Position numbers and translations under genes: made by a program. From the human T2T-CHM13v2.0 reference genome, Homo sapiens, in NCBI GenBank assembly GCA_009914755.4, contig CP086569.2, forward strand, positions 27,648,001 through 27,712,000: a DNA stretch of 64,000 nucleotides, written 5' to 3'. The notes below the pieces were generated by a model, which worked only from the letters and a program-made list of their open reading frames with translations, ran no database searches and was not told the DNA's origin. Below are positions 12,601-25,167 of the stretch, one piece after another; within the stretch, counting starts at the first letter, position 1, and every line of letters starts with the position of its first letter.

Positions 12601-12754
12601 TGGAATGCAGAGGACAGGAGTGGAGTGTGGTGGACTGGAGTGGAGTGGAGTTGAGTGGAGTGGATTGGATTGAAATAGAGCGGAGCAGAGTGGAATGGAA
12701 TTGAATCACATGGTACTGAATCAAATCGAATGGAATTAAATCGAATGAAAAAAC
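9634..12754 (+). repeat. HOR copy U4 (3121 bp)
   Basis: Landmark at 9634 and 12755. Confidence 0.85.
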
Positions 12755-15700
12755 GGAATCAAAAGCAAACGAATGGAGTCAAACCACATTGGTTAGACTG
12801 ACATCGAATAATATCAAAAGAAATGTGGTGAAGTGGAGTGGAGTGTAATGAAATGGGGTGGAATGAAATTGAATGGAGTGGAGTGGAGTCTACTGGAGTG
12901 GAATGGAATGGAATGGAAAGGAATGGAATAGAATGGAGTGAAGTGCAGTGCAGTGAAATGGAGTGGAAAGGAATGGAATGGAAAGAATTGAATCATATGG
13001 AATCGAAGTGAATCGAATCTAATGAAATTGAACGCAAAAAATGGAATGAGTAGAATCGAAAAAGATGGATTCAAATGACAACAAATAAAATTGAATGGAA
13101 TGCGGTGAGGTGGAGGGGATTGGAATGGAGTTGAATGGAATGGGGTGTAATTGAATTGAATGGAGTGGAGTGGAGTGAACTGGAGTGCAATGGAATGGAA
13201 TGGCCAGGCATGGAATTGAAAGGCGTGGAGTGGAGTGGAATTGAGAGGAGTGGAATGGAGTAGGGTGGATTGTGGTGGAGAATATTGGAAAAGAGTGGAG
13301 TGGAATGGAATGGAATGGAGTGGAGTGGAATGGAATGGAAAGGAATTGAGTGAAGTGGAGTGTAGTGGAATGGAGAGTAATGGAGTGGAGTGGACTGGAG
13401 TGGAGTAGATTGCAGTGCATTGGAGTGTAGGGGATAGAAGTGGCTTGGAGTCCATAGGAGTGGAGTGGAATGGAATGGAATGGAGTGGAATGGACAGGAA
13501 CGGAATGGAATGGAATGGATTTAAATGGCAGTGAATCAAATCGAATTGAATCATATTGAATCAAGTCGAATCGAGTGGAGGAAAGAAATCGAATGAAATC
13601 GAATGGAATGAATTGAATGGAGTCGAATATCAACCATAGAATCGAAAGTAATGTGGTAAAGTGGAGTGGAGTGTTATGGAGTGGAATGGAATGGGGTGAC
13701 ATGGAATTGAATACAGTGGAGAGGAGTGGAGTGGATTGGGCTAGAGTGGAACGGAAAGGGAAGGAATGGAACTGAATGGAGTGGAGTGGAATGGAGTGGA
13801 ATGGAATGGAATGGAATGGAATGGAATGGAATGGAACGGAATGGAGTGGAATGGAATCGAATGACATGGAACTGAATGAAACCGAATTGAATGAAATTGA
13901 ATGGAGAAAATGGAATCAAATGGAATCAAATCGAACGGATTCGAATGTCATTGAATGGAATCGAAAGGAATGCAGTGAGGTGGGGTTGAGTGGAATGGAG
14001 TGGAATGGAATGGGATGAATGGAATTGAATGGAGTGGAGTGGAATGGAATGGAATGGAAAGGAATGGAATTGAACAAAATGGAGTGTAGTAGAATGGAGT
14101 GGATTGGAGTGGAGTGCAGGGGAGTGCAGTGGAATGAAGAGGAGTGTAGTTGAATGGAATGGGATGTATGGAATGTACTGGAATAGAATGGATAAGAATG
14201 GAATGGAATGGAATCGCATGGAATTGAATAGAATCAAATCGAATTGAATAGAATCTAATGGAAAAAATGGAGTCAAATGGAATCGAATGGCATAGAATCG
14301 AACGGTTTTGAATGGCAGTGAAGGGAAACGAATGGAATGCGATGAAGTGGAGCGCAGTGGAGTGGAAAGGAGTGCAATGGAATAGGGTGGAACTGAATTT
14401 AATGGAACAGAGTGGATTGGAGTGGACTGGAGTGGAATGGAATGGGAAGGAATGGGATTGAAAGGAGTGGCGTGCAGTGGAGTGGAGTGGCATGGAGTGG
14501 AGTGGAGTGGAATGGAGTGGAATGGAATGGAGTGGAATGGAGTGGATTGGAATGGAATGGAGTGCAGAGGAATGGAATGGAATGGTATAGAGTGGACAGG
14601 AATGGAGTGGAGCGGATTGGAATGGAATGGAATGGAACTGAATGGACTGGAATGGAATGGAATAGAATGGAAACACAGGGAATCAAATTTGATTGAATCG
14701 AATCGAATGGAAAAAATGAAATCAAATGAAATTGAATGGAATCGAAATGAATGTAAACAATGGAATCCAATGGAATCGAATCAAATGGTTTTGAATGGCG
14801 TAAAATGAGATCGCAAGGAAGGCAGTGAATTGGAGTGGAGTGGAATAGAGAGGAATGAATTGGAATGGAGTGGAGTGGAATGGAGTGGATTCCAGTGGAG
14901 TGGAGTGGATTGGATTTTAATGGAATGGAATAGACTGGATTGGAGTGGTGTAGAGTGCAGTGGATTGGAGTGGAGAGGAATGGAGTGGAGTGAAGTCGAG
15001 TTGAGTGGAATGGAATGGAGTGGAGCAGAGTGGAATGCAAAAGAATGAAGTGGATTGGTGTGGAATGGAATGGCGTGGAATGGAGTGGAATAGAATGGAA
15101 TGGAATCGCATGGAAGGATATCAAATCAAATGGAATCGAACGAAAATTATGAATCCAATGGAATCGAAAGGATTCCAAAGGAACGGATTCGAAAGGCATT
15201 TAATGGAATGGAAAGGTATGCAGTGAAGTGGAGTGGAGTGGAGTGGATTGTTTTAGAGTGAAATGGGGTGGATTGGAACACTATGTGGTGGAGTGGAGTG
15301 TAGTGGATCGGAGTGGAGTGCCGTGGAGTGGACTAGAGTGGGGTGGAGTGGAGTGCATTGGAGTGGAATGGAGTGGAGTGGGGTGGAATGGAATGGAATG
15401 GCATCAAATCGCATGGTAATGAATCAAATGGAATCAAATGGAATGAAATAATGGAATCGAAGGCAAACGAATGGAATCGAATTGCACTGATTCTACTGAC
15501 TTCGAACAAAATGAAATGAAATGCGGTGAAGTGGAGTGGAGTGGAATGTATTAGGGTGGAATGCAATTGAATGGTGTGGAGTGGAGTGGAGTGCCCAGGA
15601 GTGGAATGGGAAGAAATGGAATTGAACGGAGTGGAGTGGAGTGGAATGGAGGGTAATGGAGTGGAATGGAGTGGAGTGGAGTAGAGTGGAATGGGTTGGA

Positions 15701-15855
15701 GTGGAATGCAGAGGACAGGAGTGGAGTGTGGTGGACTGGAGTGGAGTGGAGTTGAGTGGAGTGGATTGGATTGAAATAGAGCGGAGCAGAGTGGAATGGA
15801 ATTGAATCACATGGTACTGAATCAAATCGAATGGAATTAAATCGAATGAAAAAAC
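12755..15855 (+). repeat. HOR copy U5 (3101 bp)
   Basis: Landmark at 12755 and 15856. Confidence 0.85.
13800..13834 (+). repeat. Homologous pure (AATGG)7 tract in U5
   Basis: Read directly. Confidence 0.8.
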
Positions 15856-18800
15856 GGAATCAAAAGCAAACGAATGGAGTCAAACCACATTGGTTAGACT
15901 GACATCGAATAATATCAAAAGAAATGTGGTGAAGTGGAGTGGAGTGTAATGAAATGGGGTGGAATGAAATTGAATGGAGTGGAGTGGAGTGGAGTCTACT
16001 GGAGTGGAATGGAATGGAATGGAAAGGAATGGAATAGAATGGAGTGAAGGGCAGTGCAGTGAAATGGAGTGGAAAGGAATGGAATGGAAAGAATTGAATC
16101 AAATGGAATCGAAGTGAATCGAATCTAATGAAATTGAACGCAAAAAATGGAATGAGTAGAATCGAAAAAGATGGATTCAAATGGCAACAAATAAAATTGA
16201 ATGGAATGCGGTGAGGTGGAGGGGATTGGAGTGGAGTTGAATGGAATGGGGTGTAATTGAATTGAATGGAGTGGAGTGGAGTGAACTGGAGTGGAATGGA
16301 ATGGAATGGGCCGGCATGGAATTGAAAGGCATGGAATGGAGTGGAGTTGAGATGAGTGGAATGGAGTAGGGTGGATTGTGGTGGAGAATATTGGAAAAGA
16401 GAGGAGTGGAATGGAATGGAATGGAGTGGAGTGGAATGGAATGGAATGGAATTGAGTGAAGTGGAGTGTAGTGGAATGGAGAGTAATGGAGTGGAGTGGA
16501 CTGGAGTGGAGTAGATTGCAGTGCATTGGACTGTAGGGGATAGAAGTGGCTTGGAGTCCATAGGAGTGGAGTGGAATGGAATGGAATGGACTGGAATGGA
16601 CTGGAACGGAATGGAATGGAATGGATTTAAATGGCAGGGAATCAAATCGAATTGAATCATATTGAATCAAGTCGAATCGAGTGGAGGAAAGAAATCGAAT
16701 GAAATCGAATGGAATGAATTGAATGGAGTCGAATGTCAACCATGGAATCGAAAGTAATGTGGTAAAGTGGAGTGGAGTGTTATGGAGTGGAATGGAATGG
16801 GGTGACATGGAATTGAATACAGTGGAGAGGAGTGGAGTGGATTGGGCTAGAGTGGAACGGAAAGGGAAGGAATGGAACTGAATGGAGTGGAGTGGAATGG
16901 AGTGGAATGGAATGGAATGGAATGGAATGGAATGGAACGGAATGGAGTGGAATGGAATCGAATCACATGGAACTGAATGAAACCGAATTGAATGAAATTG
17001 AATGGAGAAAATGGAATCAAATGGAATCAAATCGAACGGATTCGAATGTCATTGAATGGAATCGAAAGGAATGCAGTGAGGTGGGGTTGAGTGGAATGGA
17101 GTGGAATGGAATGGGATGAATGGAATTGAATGGAGTGGAGTGGAATGGAATGGAATGGAAAGGACTGGAATTGAACAAAATGGAGTGTAGTAGAATGGAG
17201 TGGATTGGAGTGGAGTGCAGGGGAGTGCAGTGGAATGAAGAGGAGTGTAGTTGAATGGAATGGAATGTATGGAATGTACTGGAATAGAATGGATAAGAAT
17301 GGAATGGAATGGAATCGCATGGAATTGAATAGATTCAAATCGAATTGAATAGAATCAAATGGAAAAAATGGAGTCAAATGGAATCGAATGGCATAGAATC
17401 GAACGGTTTTGAATGTCAGTGAATGGAAACGAATGGAATGCGATGAAATGGAGCGCAGTGGAGTGGAAAGGAGTGCAATGGAATAGGGTGGAACTGAATT
17501 TAATGGAACAGAGTGGATTGGAGTGGACTGGAGTGGAATGGAATGGGAAGGAATGGGATTGAAAGGAGTGGCGTGCAGTGGAGTGGAGTGGCATGGAGTG
17601 GAGTGGAGTGGAATGGAGTGGAATGGAATGGAGTGGAATGGAGTGGATTGGAATGGAATGGAGTGCAGAGGAATGGAATGGAATGGTATAGAGTGGACAG
17701 GAATGGAGTGGAGCGGATTGGAATGGAATGGAATGGAACTGAATGGACTGGAATGGAATGGAATAGAATGGAATCACAGGGAATCAAATTGGATTGAATC
17801 GAATCGAATGGAAAAAATGAAATCAAATGAAATTGAATGGAATCGAAATGAATGTAAACAATGGAATCCAATGGAATCCAATGGAATCGAATCAGATGGT
17901 TTTGAATGGCGTAAAATGAGATCGCAAGGAAGGCAGTGAATTGGAGTGGAGTGGAATAGAGAGGAATGAATTGGAATGGAGTGGAGTGGAATGGAGTGGA
18001 TTCCAGTGGAGTGGAGTGGATTGGATTTTAATGGAATGGAATAGACTGGATTGGAGTGGCGTAGAGTGCAGTGGATTGGAGTGGAGAGGAATGGAGTGGA
18101 GTGAAGTCGAGTTGAGTGGAATGGAATGGAGTGGAGCAGAGTGGAATGCAAAAGAATGAAGTGGATTGGTGTGGAATGGAATGGCGTGGAATGGAGTGGA
18201 ATAGAATGGAATGGAATCGCATGGAAGGATATCAAATCAAATGGAATCGAAGGAAAATTATGAATCCAATGGAATCGAAAGGATTCCAAAGGAACGGATT
18301 CGAAAGGCCTTTAATGGAATGGAAAGGTATGCAGTGAAGTGGAGTGGAGTGGAGTGGATTGTTTTAGAGTGAAATGGGGTGGATTGGAACACTATGTGGT
18401 GGAGTGGAGTGTAGTGGATCGGAGTGGAGTGCCGTGGAGTGGACTAGAGTGGGGTGGAGTGGAGTGCATTGGAGTGGAATGGAGTGGAGTGGGGTGGAAT
18501 GGAATGGAATGGCATCAAATGGCATGGTAATGAATCAAATGGAATCAAATGGAATGAAATAATGGAATCGAAGGCAAACGAATGGAATCGAATTGCACTG
18601 ATTCTACTGACTTCGAAGAAAATGAAATGAAATGCGGTGAAGTGGAGTGGAGTGGAATGTATTAGGGTGGAATGGAATTGAATGGTGTGGAGTGGAGTGG
18701 AGTGCCCAGGAGTGGAATGGGAAGAAATGGAATTGAACGGAGTGGAGTGGAGTGTAATGGAGGGTAATGGAGTGGAATGGAGTGGAGTGGAGTAGAGTGG

Positions 18801-18966
18801 AATGGGTTGGAGTGGAATGCAGAGGACAGGAGTGGAGTGTGGTGGACTGGAGTGGAGTGGAGTTGAGTGGAGTGGATTGGATTGAAATAGAGCGGAGCAG
18901 AGTGGAATGGAATTGAATCACATGGTACTGAATCAAATCGAATGGAATTAAATCGAATGAAAAAAC
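15856..18966 (+). repeat. HOR copy U6 (3111 bp)
   Basis: Landmark at 15856 and 18967. Confidence 0.85.
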
Positions 18967-21900
18967 GGAATCAAAAGCAAACGAATGGAGTCAAACCACA
19001 TTGGTTAGACTGACATCGAATAATATCAAAAGAAATGTGGTGAAGTGGAGTGGAGTGTAATGAAATGGGGTGGAATGAAATTGAATGGAGTGGAGTAGAG
19101 TGGAGTCTACTGGAGTGGAATGGAATGGAATGGAAAGGAATGGAATAGAATGGAGTGAAGTGCAGTGCAGTGAAATGGAGTGGAAAGGAATGGAATGGAA
19201 AGAATTGAATCAAATGGAATCGAAGTGAATCGAATCTAATGAAATTGAACGCAAAAAATGGAATGAGTAGAATCGAAAAAGATGGATTCAAATGGCAACA
19301 AATAAAATTGAATGGAATGCGGTGAGGTGGAGGGGATTGGAATGGAGTTGAATGGAATGGGGTGTAATTGAATTGAATGGAGTGGAGTGGAGTGAACTGG
19401 AGTGGAATGGAATGGAATGGGCAGGCATGGAATTGAAAGGCGTGGAGTGGAGTGGAATTGAGAGGAGTGGAATGGAGTAGGGTGGATTGTGGTGGAGAAT
19501 ATTGGAAAAGAGTGGAGTGGAATGGAATGGAATGGAGTGGAGTGGAATGGAATGGAATGGAATTGAGTGAAGTGGAGTGTAGTGGAATGGAGAGTAATGG
19601 AGTGGAGTGGACTGGAGTGGAGTAGATTGCAGTGCATTGGACTGTAGGGGATAGAAGTGGCTTGGACTCCATAGGAGTGGAGTGGAATGGAATGGAATGG
19701 AGTGGAATGGACTGGAACGGAATGGAATGGAATGGATTTAAATGGCAGGGAATCAAATCGAATTGAATCATATTGAATCAAGTCGAATCGAGTGGAGGAA
19801 AGAAATCGAATGAAATCGAATGGAATGAATTGAATGGAGTCGAATGTCAACCATGGAATCGAAAGTAATGTGGTAAAGTGGAGTGGAGTGTTATGGAGTG
19901 GAATGGAATGGGGTGACATGGAATTGAATACAGTGGAGAGGAGTGGAGAGGATTGGGCTAGAGTGGAACGGAAAGGGAAGGAATGGAACTGAATGGAGTG
20001 GAGTGGAATGGAGTGGAATGGAATGGAATGGAATGGAATGGAATGGAATGGAATGGAATGGAACGGAATGGAGTGGAATGGAATCGAATCACATGGAACT
20101 GAATGAAACCGAATTGAATGAAATTGAATGGAGAAAATGGAATCAAATGGAATCAAATCGAACGGATTCGAATGTCATTGAATGGAATCGAAAGGAATGC
20201 AGTGAGGTGGGGTTGAGTGGAATGGAGTGGAATGGAATGGGATGAATGGAATTGAATGGAGTGGAGTGGAATGGAATGGAATGGAAAGGAATGGAATTGA
20301 ACAACATGGAGTGTAGTAGAATGGAGTGGATTGGAGTGGAGTGCAGGGGAGTGCAGTGGAATGAAGAGGAGTGTAGTTGAATGGAATGGAATGTATGGAA
20401 TGTACTGGAATAGAATGGATAAGAATGGAATGGAATGGAATCGCATGGAATTGAATAGAATCAAATCGAATTGAATAGAATCAAATGGAAGAAATGGAGT
20501 CAAATGGAATCGAAAGGCATAGAATCGAACGGTTTTGAATGGCAGTGAATGGAAACGAATGGAATGCGGTGAAGTGGAGCAGAGTGGAGTGGAAAGGAGT
20601 GCAATGGAATAGGGTGGAACTGAATTTAATGGAAGAGAGTGGATTGGAGTGGACTGGAGTGTAATAGAATGTGAAGGAATGGGATTGAAAGGAGTGGCGT
20701 GTAGTGGAGTGGAGTGGCATGGAGTGGAGTGGAGTGGAATGGAGTGGAATGGAATGGAGTGGAATGGAGTGGATTGGAATGGAATGGAGTGCAGAGGAAT
20801 GGAATGGAATGGTATAGAGTGGACAGGAATGGAGTGGAGCGGATTGGAATGGAATGGAATGGAATGGAATGGAACTGAATGGAGTGGAATGGAATGGAAT
20901 AGAATGGAATCACAGAGAATCAAATTGGATTGAATCGAATCGAATGGAAAAAATGAAATCAAATGAAATTGAATGGTATCGAAATGAATGGAAACAATGG
21001 AATCCAATGGAATCCAATGGAATCGAATCAAATGGTTTTGAATGGCGTAAAATGAAATCGCAAGGAAGGCAGTGAATTGGAGTGGAGTCGAATAGAGAGG
21101 AATGAATTGGAATGGAGTGGAGTGGAATGGAGAGGATTCCAGTGGAGTGGAGTGGATTGGATTTTAATGGAATGGAATAGACTGGATTGGAGTGGTGTAG
21201 AGTGCAGTGGATTGGAGTGGAGAGGAATGGAGTGGAGTGAAGTCGAGTTGAGTGGAATGGAATGGAGTGGAGCAGAGTGGAATGCAAAAGAATGAAGTGG
21301 ATTGGTGTGGAATGGAATGGCGTGCAATGGAGTGTAATAGAATGGAATGGAATCGCATGGAAGGATATCAAATCCAATGGAATCGAACGAAAATTATGAA
21401 TCCAATGGAATCGAAAGGATTCCAAAGGAACGGATTCGAAAGGCATTTAATGTAATGGAAAGGTATGCAGTGAAGTGGAGTGGAGTGGAATGGATTGTTT
21501 TAGAGTGAAATGGGGTGGATTGGAACACTATGAGGTGGAGTGGAGTGTAGTGGATCGGAGTGGAGTGCCGTGGAGTGGACTAGAGTGGGGTGGAGTGGAG
21601 TGCATTGGAGTGGAATGGAGTGGAGTGGGGTGGAATGGAATGGAATGGCATCAAATCGCATGGTAATGAATCAAATGGAATGAAATAATGGAATTGAAGG
21701 CAAACGAATGGAATCGAATTGCACTGATTCTACTGACTTCGAAGAAAATGAAATGAAATGTGGTGAAGTGGAGTGGAGTGGAATGTATTAGGGTGGAATG
21801 GAATTGAATGGTGTGGAGTGGAGTGGAGTGCCCAGGAGTGGAATGGGAAGAAATGGAATTGAACGGAGTGGAGTGGAGTGGAATGGAGGGTAATGGAGTG

Positions 21901-22092
21901 GAATGGAGTGGAATGGAGTAGAGTGGAATGGGTTGGAGTGGAATGCAGAGGACAGGAGTGGAGTGTGGTGGACTGGAGTGGAGTGGAGTTGAGTGGAGTG
22001 GATTGGATTGAAATAGAGCGGAGCAGAGTGGAATGGAATTGAATCACATGGTACTGAATCAAATCGCATGGAATTAAATCGAATGAAAAAAC
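18967..22092 (+). repeat. HOR copy U7 (3126 bp)
   Basis: Landmark at 18967 and 22093. Confidence 0.85.
20016..20060 (+). repeat. Homologous pure (GAATG)9 tract in U7
   Basis: Read directly. Confidence 0.8.
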
Positions 22093-25000
22093 GGAATCAA
22101 AAGCAAACGAATGGAGTCAAACCACATTGGTTAGACTGACATCGAATAATATCAAAAGAAATGTGGTGAAGTGGAGTGGAGTGTAATGAAATGGGGTGGA
22201 ATGAAATTGAATGTAGTGGAGTGGAGTCTACTGGAGTGGAATGGAATGGAATGGAAAGGAATGGAATAGAATGGAGTGAAGTGCAGTGCAGTGAAATGGA
22301 GTGGAAAGGAATGGAATGGAAAGAATTGAATCAAATGGAATCGAAGTGAATCGAATCTAATGAAATTGAACGCAAAACATGGAATGAGTAGAATCGAAAA
22401 AGATGGATTCAAATGGCAACAAATAAAATTGAATGGAATGCGGTGAGGTGGAGGGGATTGGAATGGAGTTGAATGGAATGGGGTGTAATTGAATTGAATG
22501 GAGTGGAGTGGAGTGAACTGGAGTGCAATGGAATAGAATGGGTAGGCATGGAATTGAAAGGCGTGGAGTGGAGTGGAAATGGGAGGAGTGGAATGGAGTA
22601 GGGTGGATTGTGGTGGAGAATATTGGAAAAGAGTGGAGTGGAATGGAATGGAATGGAGTGGAGAGGAATGGAATGGAATTGAGTGAAGTGGAGTGTAGTT
22701 TAATGGAGAGTAATGGAGTGGAGTGGACTGGAGTGGAGTAGATTGCAGTGCATTGGACTGTAGGGGATAGAAGTGGCTTGGAGTCCATAGGAGTGGAGTG
22801 GAATGGAATGGAATGGAGAGGAATGGACTGGAACGGAATGGAATGGAATGGATTTAAATGGCAGGGAATCAAATCGAATTGAATCATATTGAATCAAGTC
22901 GAATCGAGTGGAGGAAAGAAATCGAATGAAATCGAATGGAATGAATTGAATGGAGTCGAATGTCAACCATGGAATCGAAAGTAATGTGGTAAAGTGGAGT
23001 GGAGTGTTATGGAGTGGAATAGAATGGGGTGACATGGAATTGACTACAGTGGAGAGGAGTGGAGTGGATTGGGCTAGAGTGGAACGGAAAGGGAAGGAAT
23101 GGAACTGAATGGAGTGGAGTGGAATGGAGTGGAATGGAATTGAATGGAATGGAATGGAACGGAATGGAGTGGAATGGAATCGAATCACATGGAACTGAAT
23201 GAAACGAATTGAATGAAATTGAATGGAGAAAATGGAATCAAATGGAATCAAATCGAATGGATTCGAATGTCATTGAATGGAATCGAAAGGAATGCAGTGA
23301 GGTGGGGTTGAGTGGAATGGAGTGGAATGGAATGGGATGAATGGAATTGAATGGAGTGGAGTGGAATGGAATGGAATGGAAAGGAATGGAATTGAACAAA
23401 ATGGAGTGTAGTAGAATGGAGTGGATTGGAGTGGAGTGCAGGGGAGTGCAGTGGAATGAAGAGGAGTGTAGTTGAATGGAATGGAATGTATGGAACGTAC
23501 TGGAATAGAATGGATAAGAATGGAATGGAATGGAATCGCATGGAATTGAATAGAATCAAATCGAATTGAATAGAATCAAATGGAAAAAATGGAGTCAAAT
23601 GGAATCGAATGGCATAGAATCGAACGGTTTTGAATGGCAGTGAATGGAAACGAATGGAATGCGATGAAGTGGAGCAGAGTGGAGTGGAAAGGAGTGCAAT
23701 GGAATAGGGTGGAACTGAATTTAATGGAACAGAGTGGATTGGAGTGGACTGGAGTGGAAAGGAATGGGAAGGAATGGGATTGAAAGGAGTGGCGTGCAGT
23801 GGAGTGGAGTGGCATGGAGTGGAGTGGAGTGGAATGGAGTGGAATGGAATGGAGTGGAATGGAGTGGATTGGAATGGAATGGAGTGCAGAGGAATGGAAT
23901 GGAATGGTATAGAGTGGACAGGAATGGAGTGGAGCGGACTGGAATGGAATGGTATGGAACAGAATGGACTGGAATGGAATGGAATAGAATGGAATCACAG
24001 GGAATCAAATTGGATTGAATCGAATCGAATGGAAAAAATGAAATCAAATGAAATTGAATGGAATCGAAATGAATGTAAACAATGGAATCCAATGGAATCG
24101 AATCAAATGGATTTGAATGGCGTAAAATGAAATCGCAAGGAAGGCAGTGAATTGGAGTGGAGTGGAATAGAGAGGAATGAATTGGAATGGAGTGGAGTGG
24201 AATGGAGTGGATTCCAGTGGAGTGGAGTGGAATGGATTTTAATGGAAAGGAATAGACTGGATTGCAGTGGTGTAGAGTGCAGTGGATTGGAGTGGAGAGG
24301 AATGGAGTGGAGTGAAGTCGAGTTGAGTGAAATGGAATGGAGTGGAGCAGAGTGGAATGGAAAAGAATGAAGTGGATTGGTGTGGAATGGAATGGCGTAT
24401 AATGGAGTGGAATAGAATGGAATGGAATCGCATGGAAGGATATCAAATCAAATGGAATCGAACGAAAATTATGAATCCAATGGAATCGAAAGGATTCCAA
24501 AGGAAAGGATTCGAAAGGCATTTAATGGAATGGAAAGGTATGCAGTGAAGTGGAGTGGAGTGGAGTGGATTGTTTTAGAGTGAAATGGGGTGGATTGGAA
24601 CACTATGTGGTGGAGTGGAGTGTAGTGGATCGGAGTGGAGTGCCGTGGAGTGGACTAGAGTGGGGTGGAGTGGAATGCATTGGAGTGGAATGGAGTGGAG
24701 TGGGGTGGAATGGAAGGGAATGGCATCAAATCGCATGGTAATGAATCAAATGGAATGAAATGATGGAATCGAAGGCAAACGAATGGAATCCAATTTCACT
24801 GATTCTACTGACTTCGAAGAAAATGAAATGAAATGCGGTGAAGTGGAGTGGAGTGGAATGTATTAGGGTGGAATGGAATTGAATGGTGTGGAATGGAGTG
24901 GAGTGCCCAGGAGTGGAATGGGAAGAAATGGAATTGAACGGAGTGGAGTGGAGTGGAATGGAGGGTAACGGAGTTGAATGGAGTGGAGTGGAGTAGAGTG

Positions 25001-25167
25001 GAATGGGTTGGAGTGGAATGCAGAGGACAGGAGTGGAGTGAGGTGGACTGGAGTGGAGTGGAGTTGAGTGGAGTGGATTGGATTGAAATAGAGCGGAGCA
25101 GAGTGGAATGGAATTGAATCACATGATACTGAATCAAATCGAATGGAATTAAATCGAATGAAAAAAC
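22093..25167 (+). repeat. HOR copy U8 (3075 bp; shortest copy)
   Basis: Landmark at 22093 and 25168. Confidence 0.85.
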
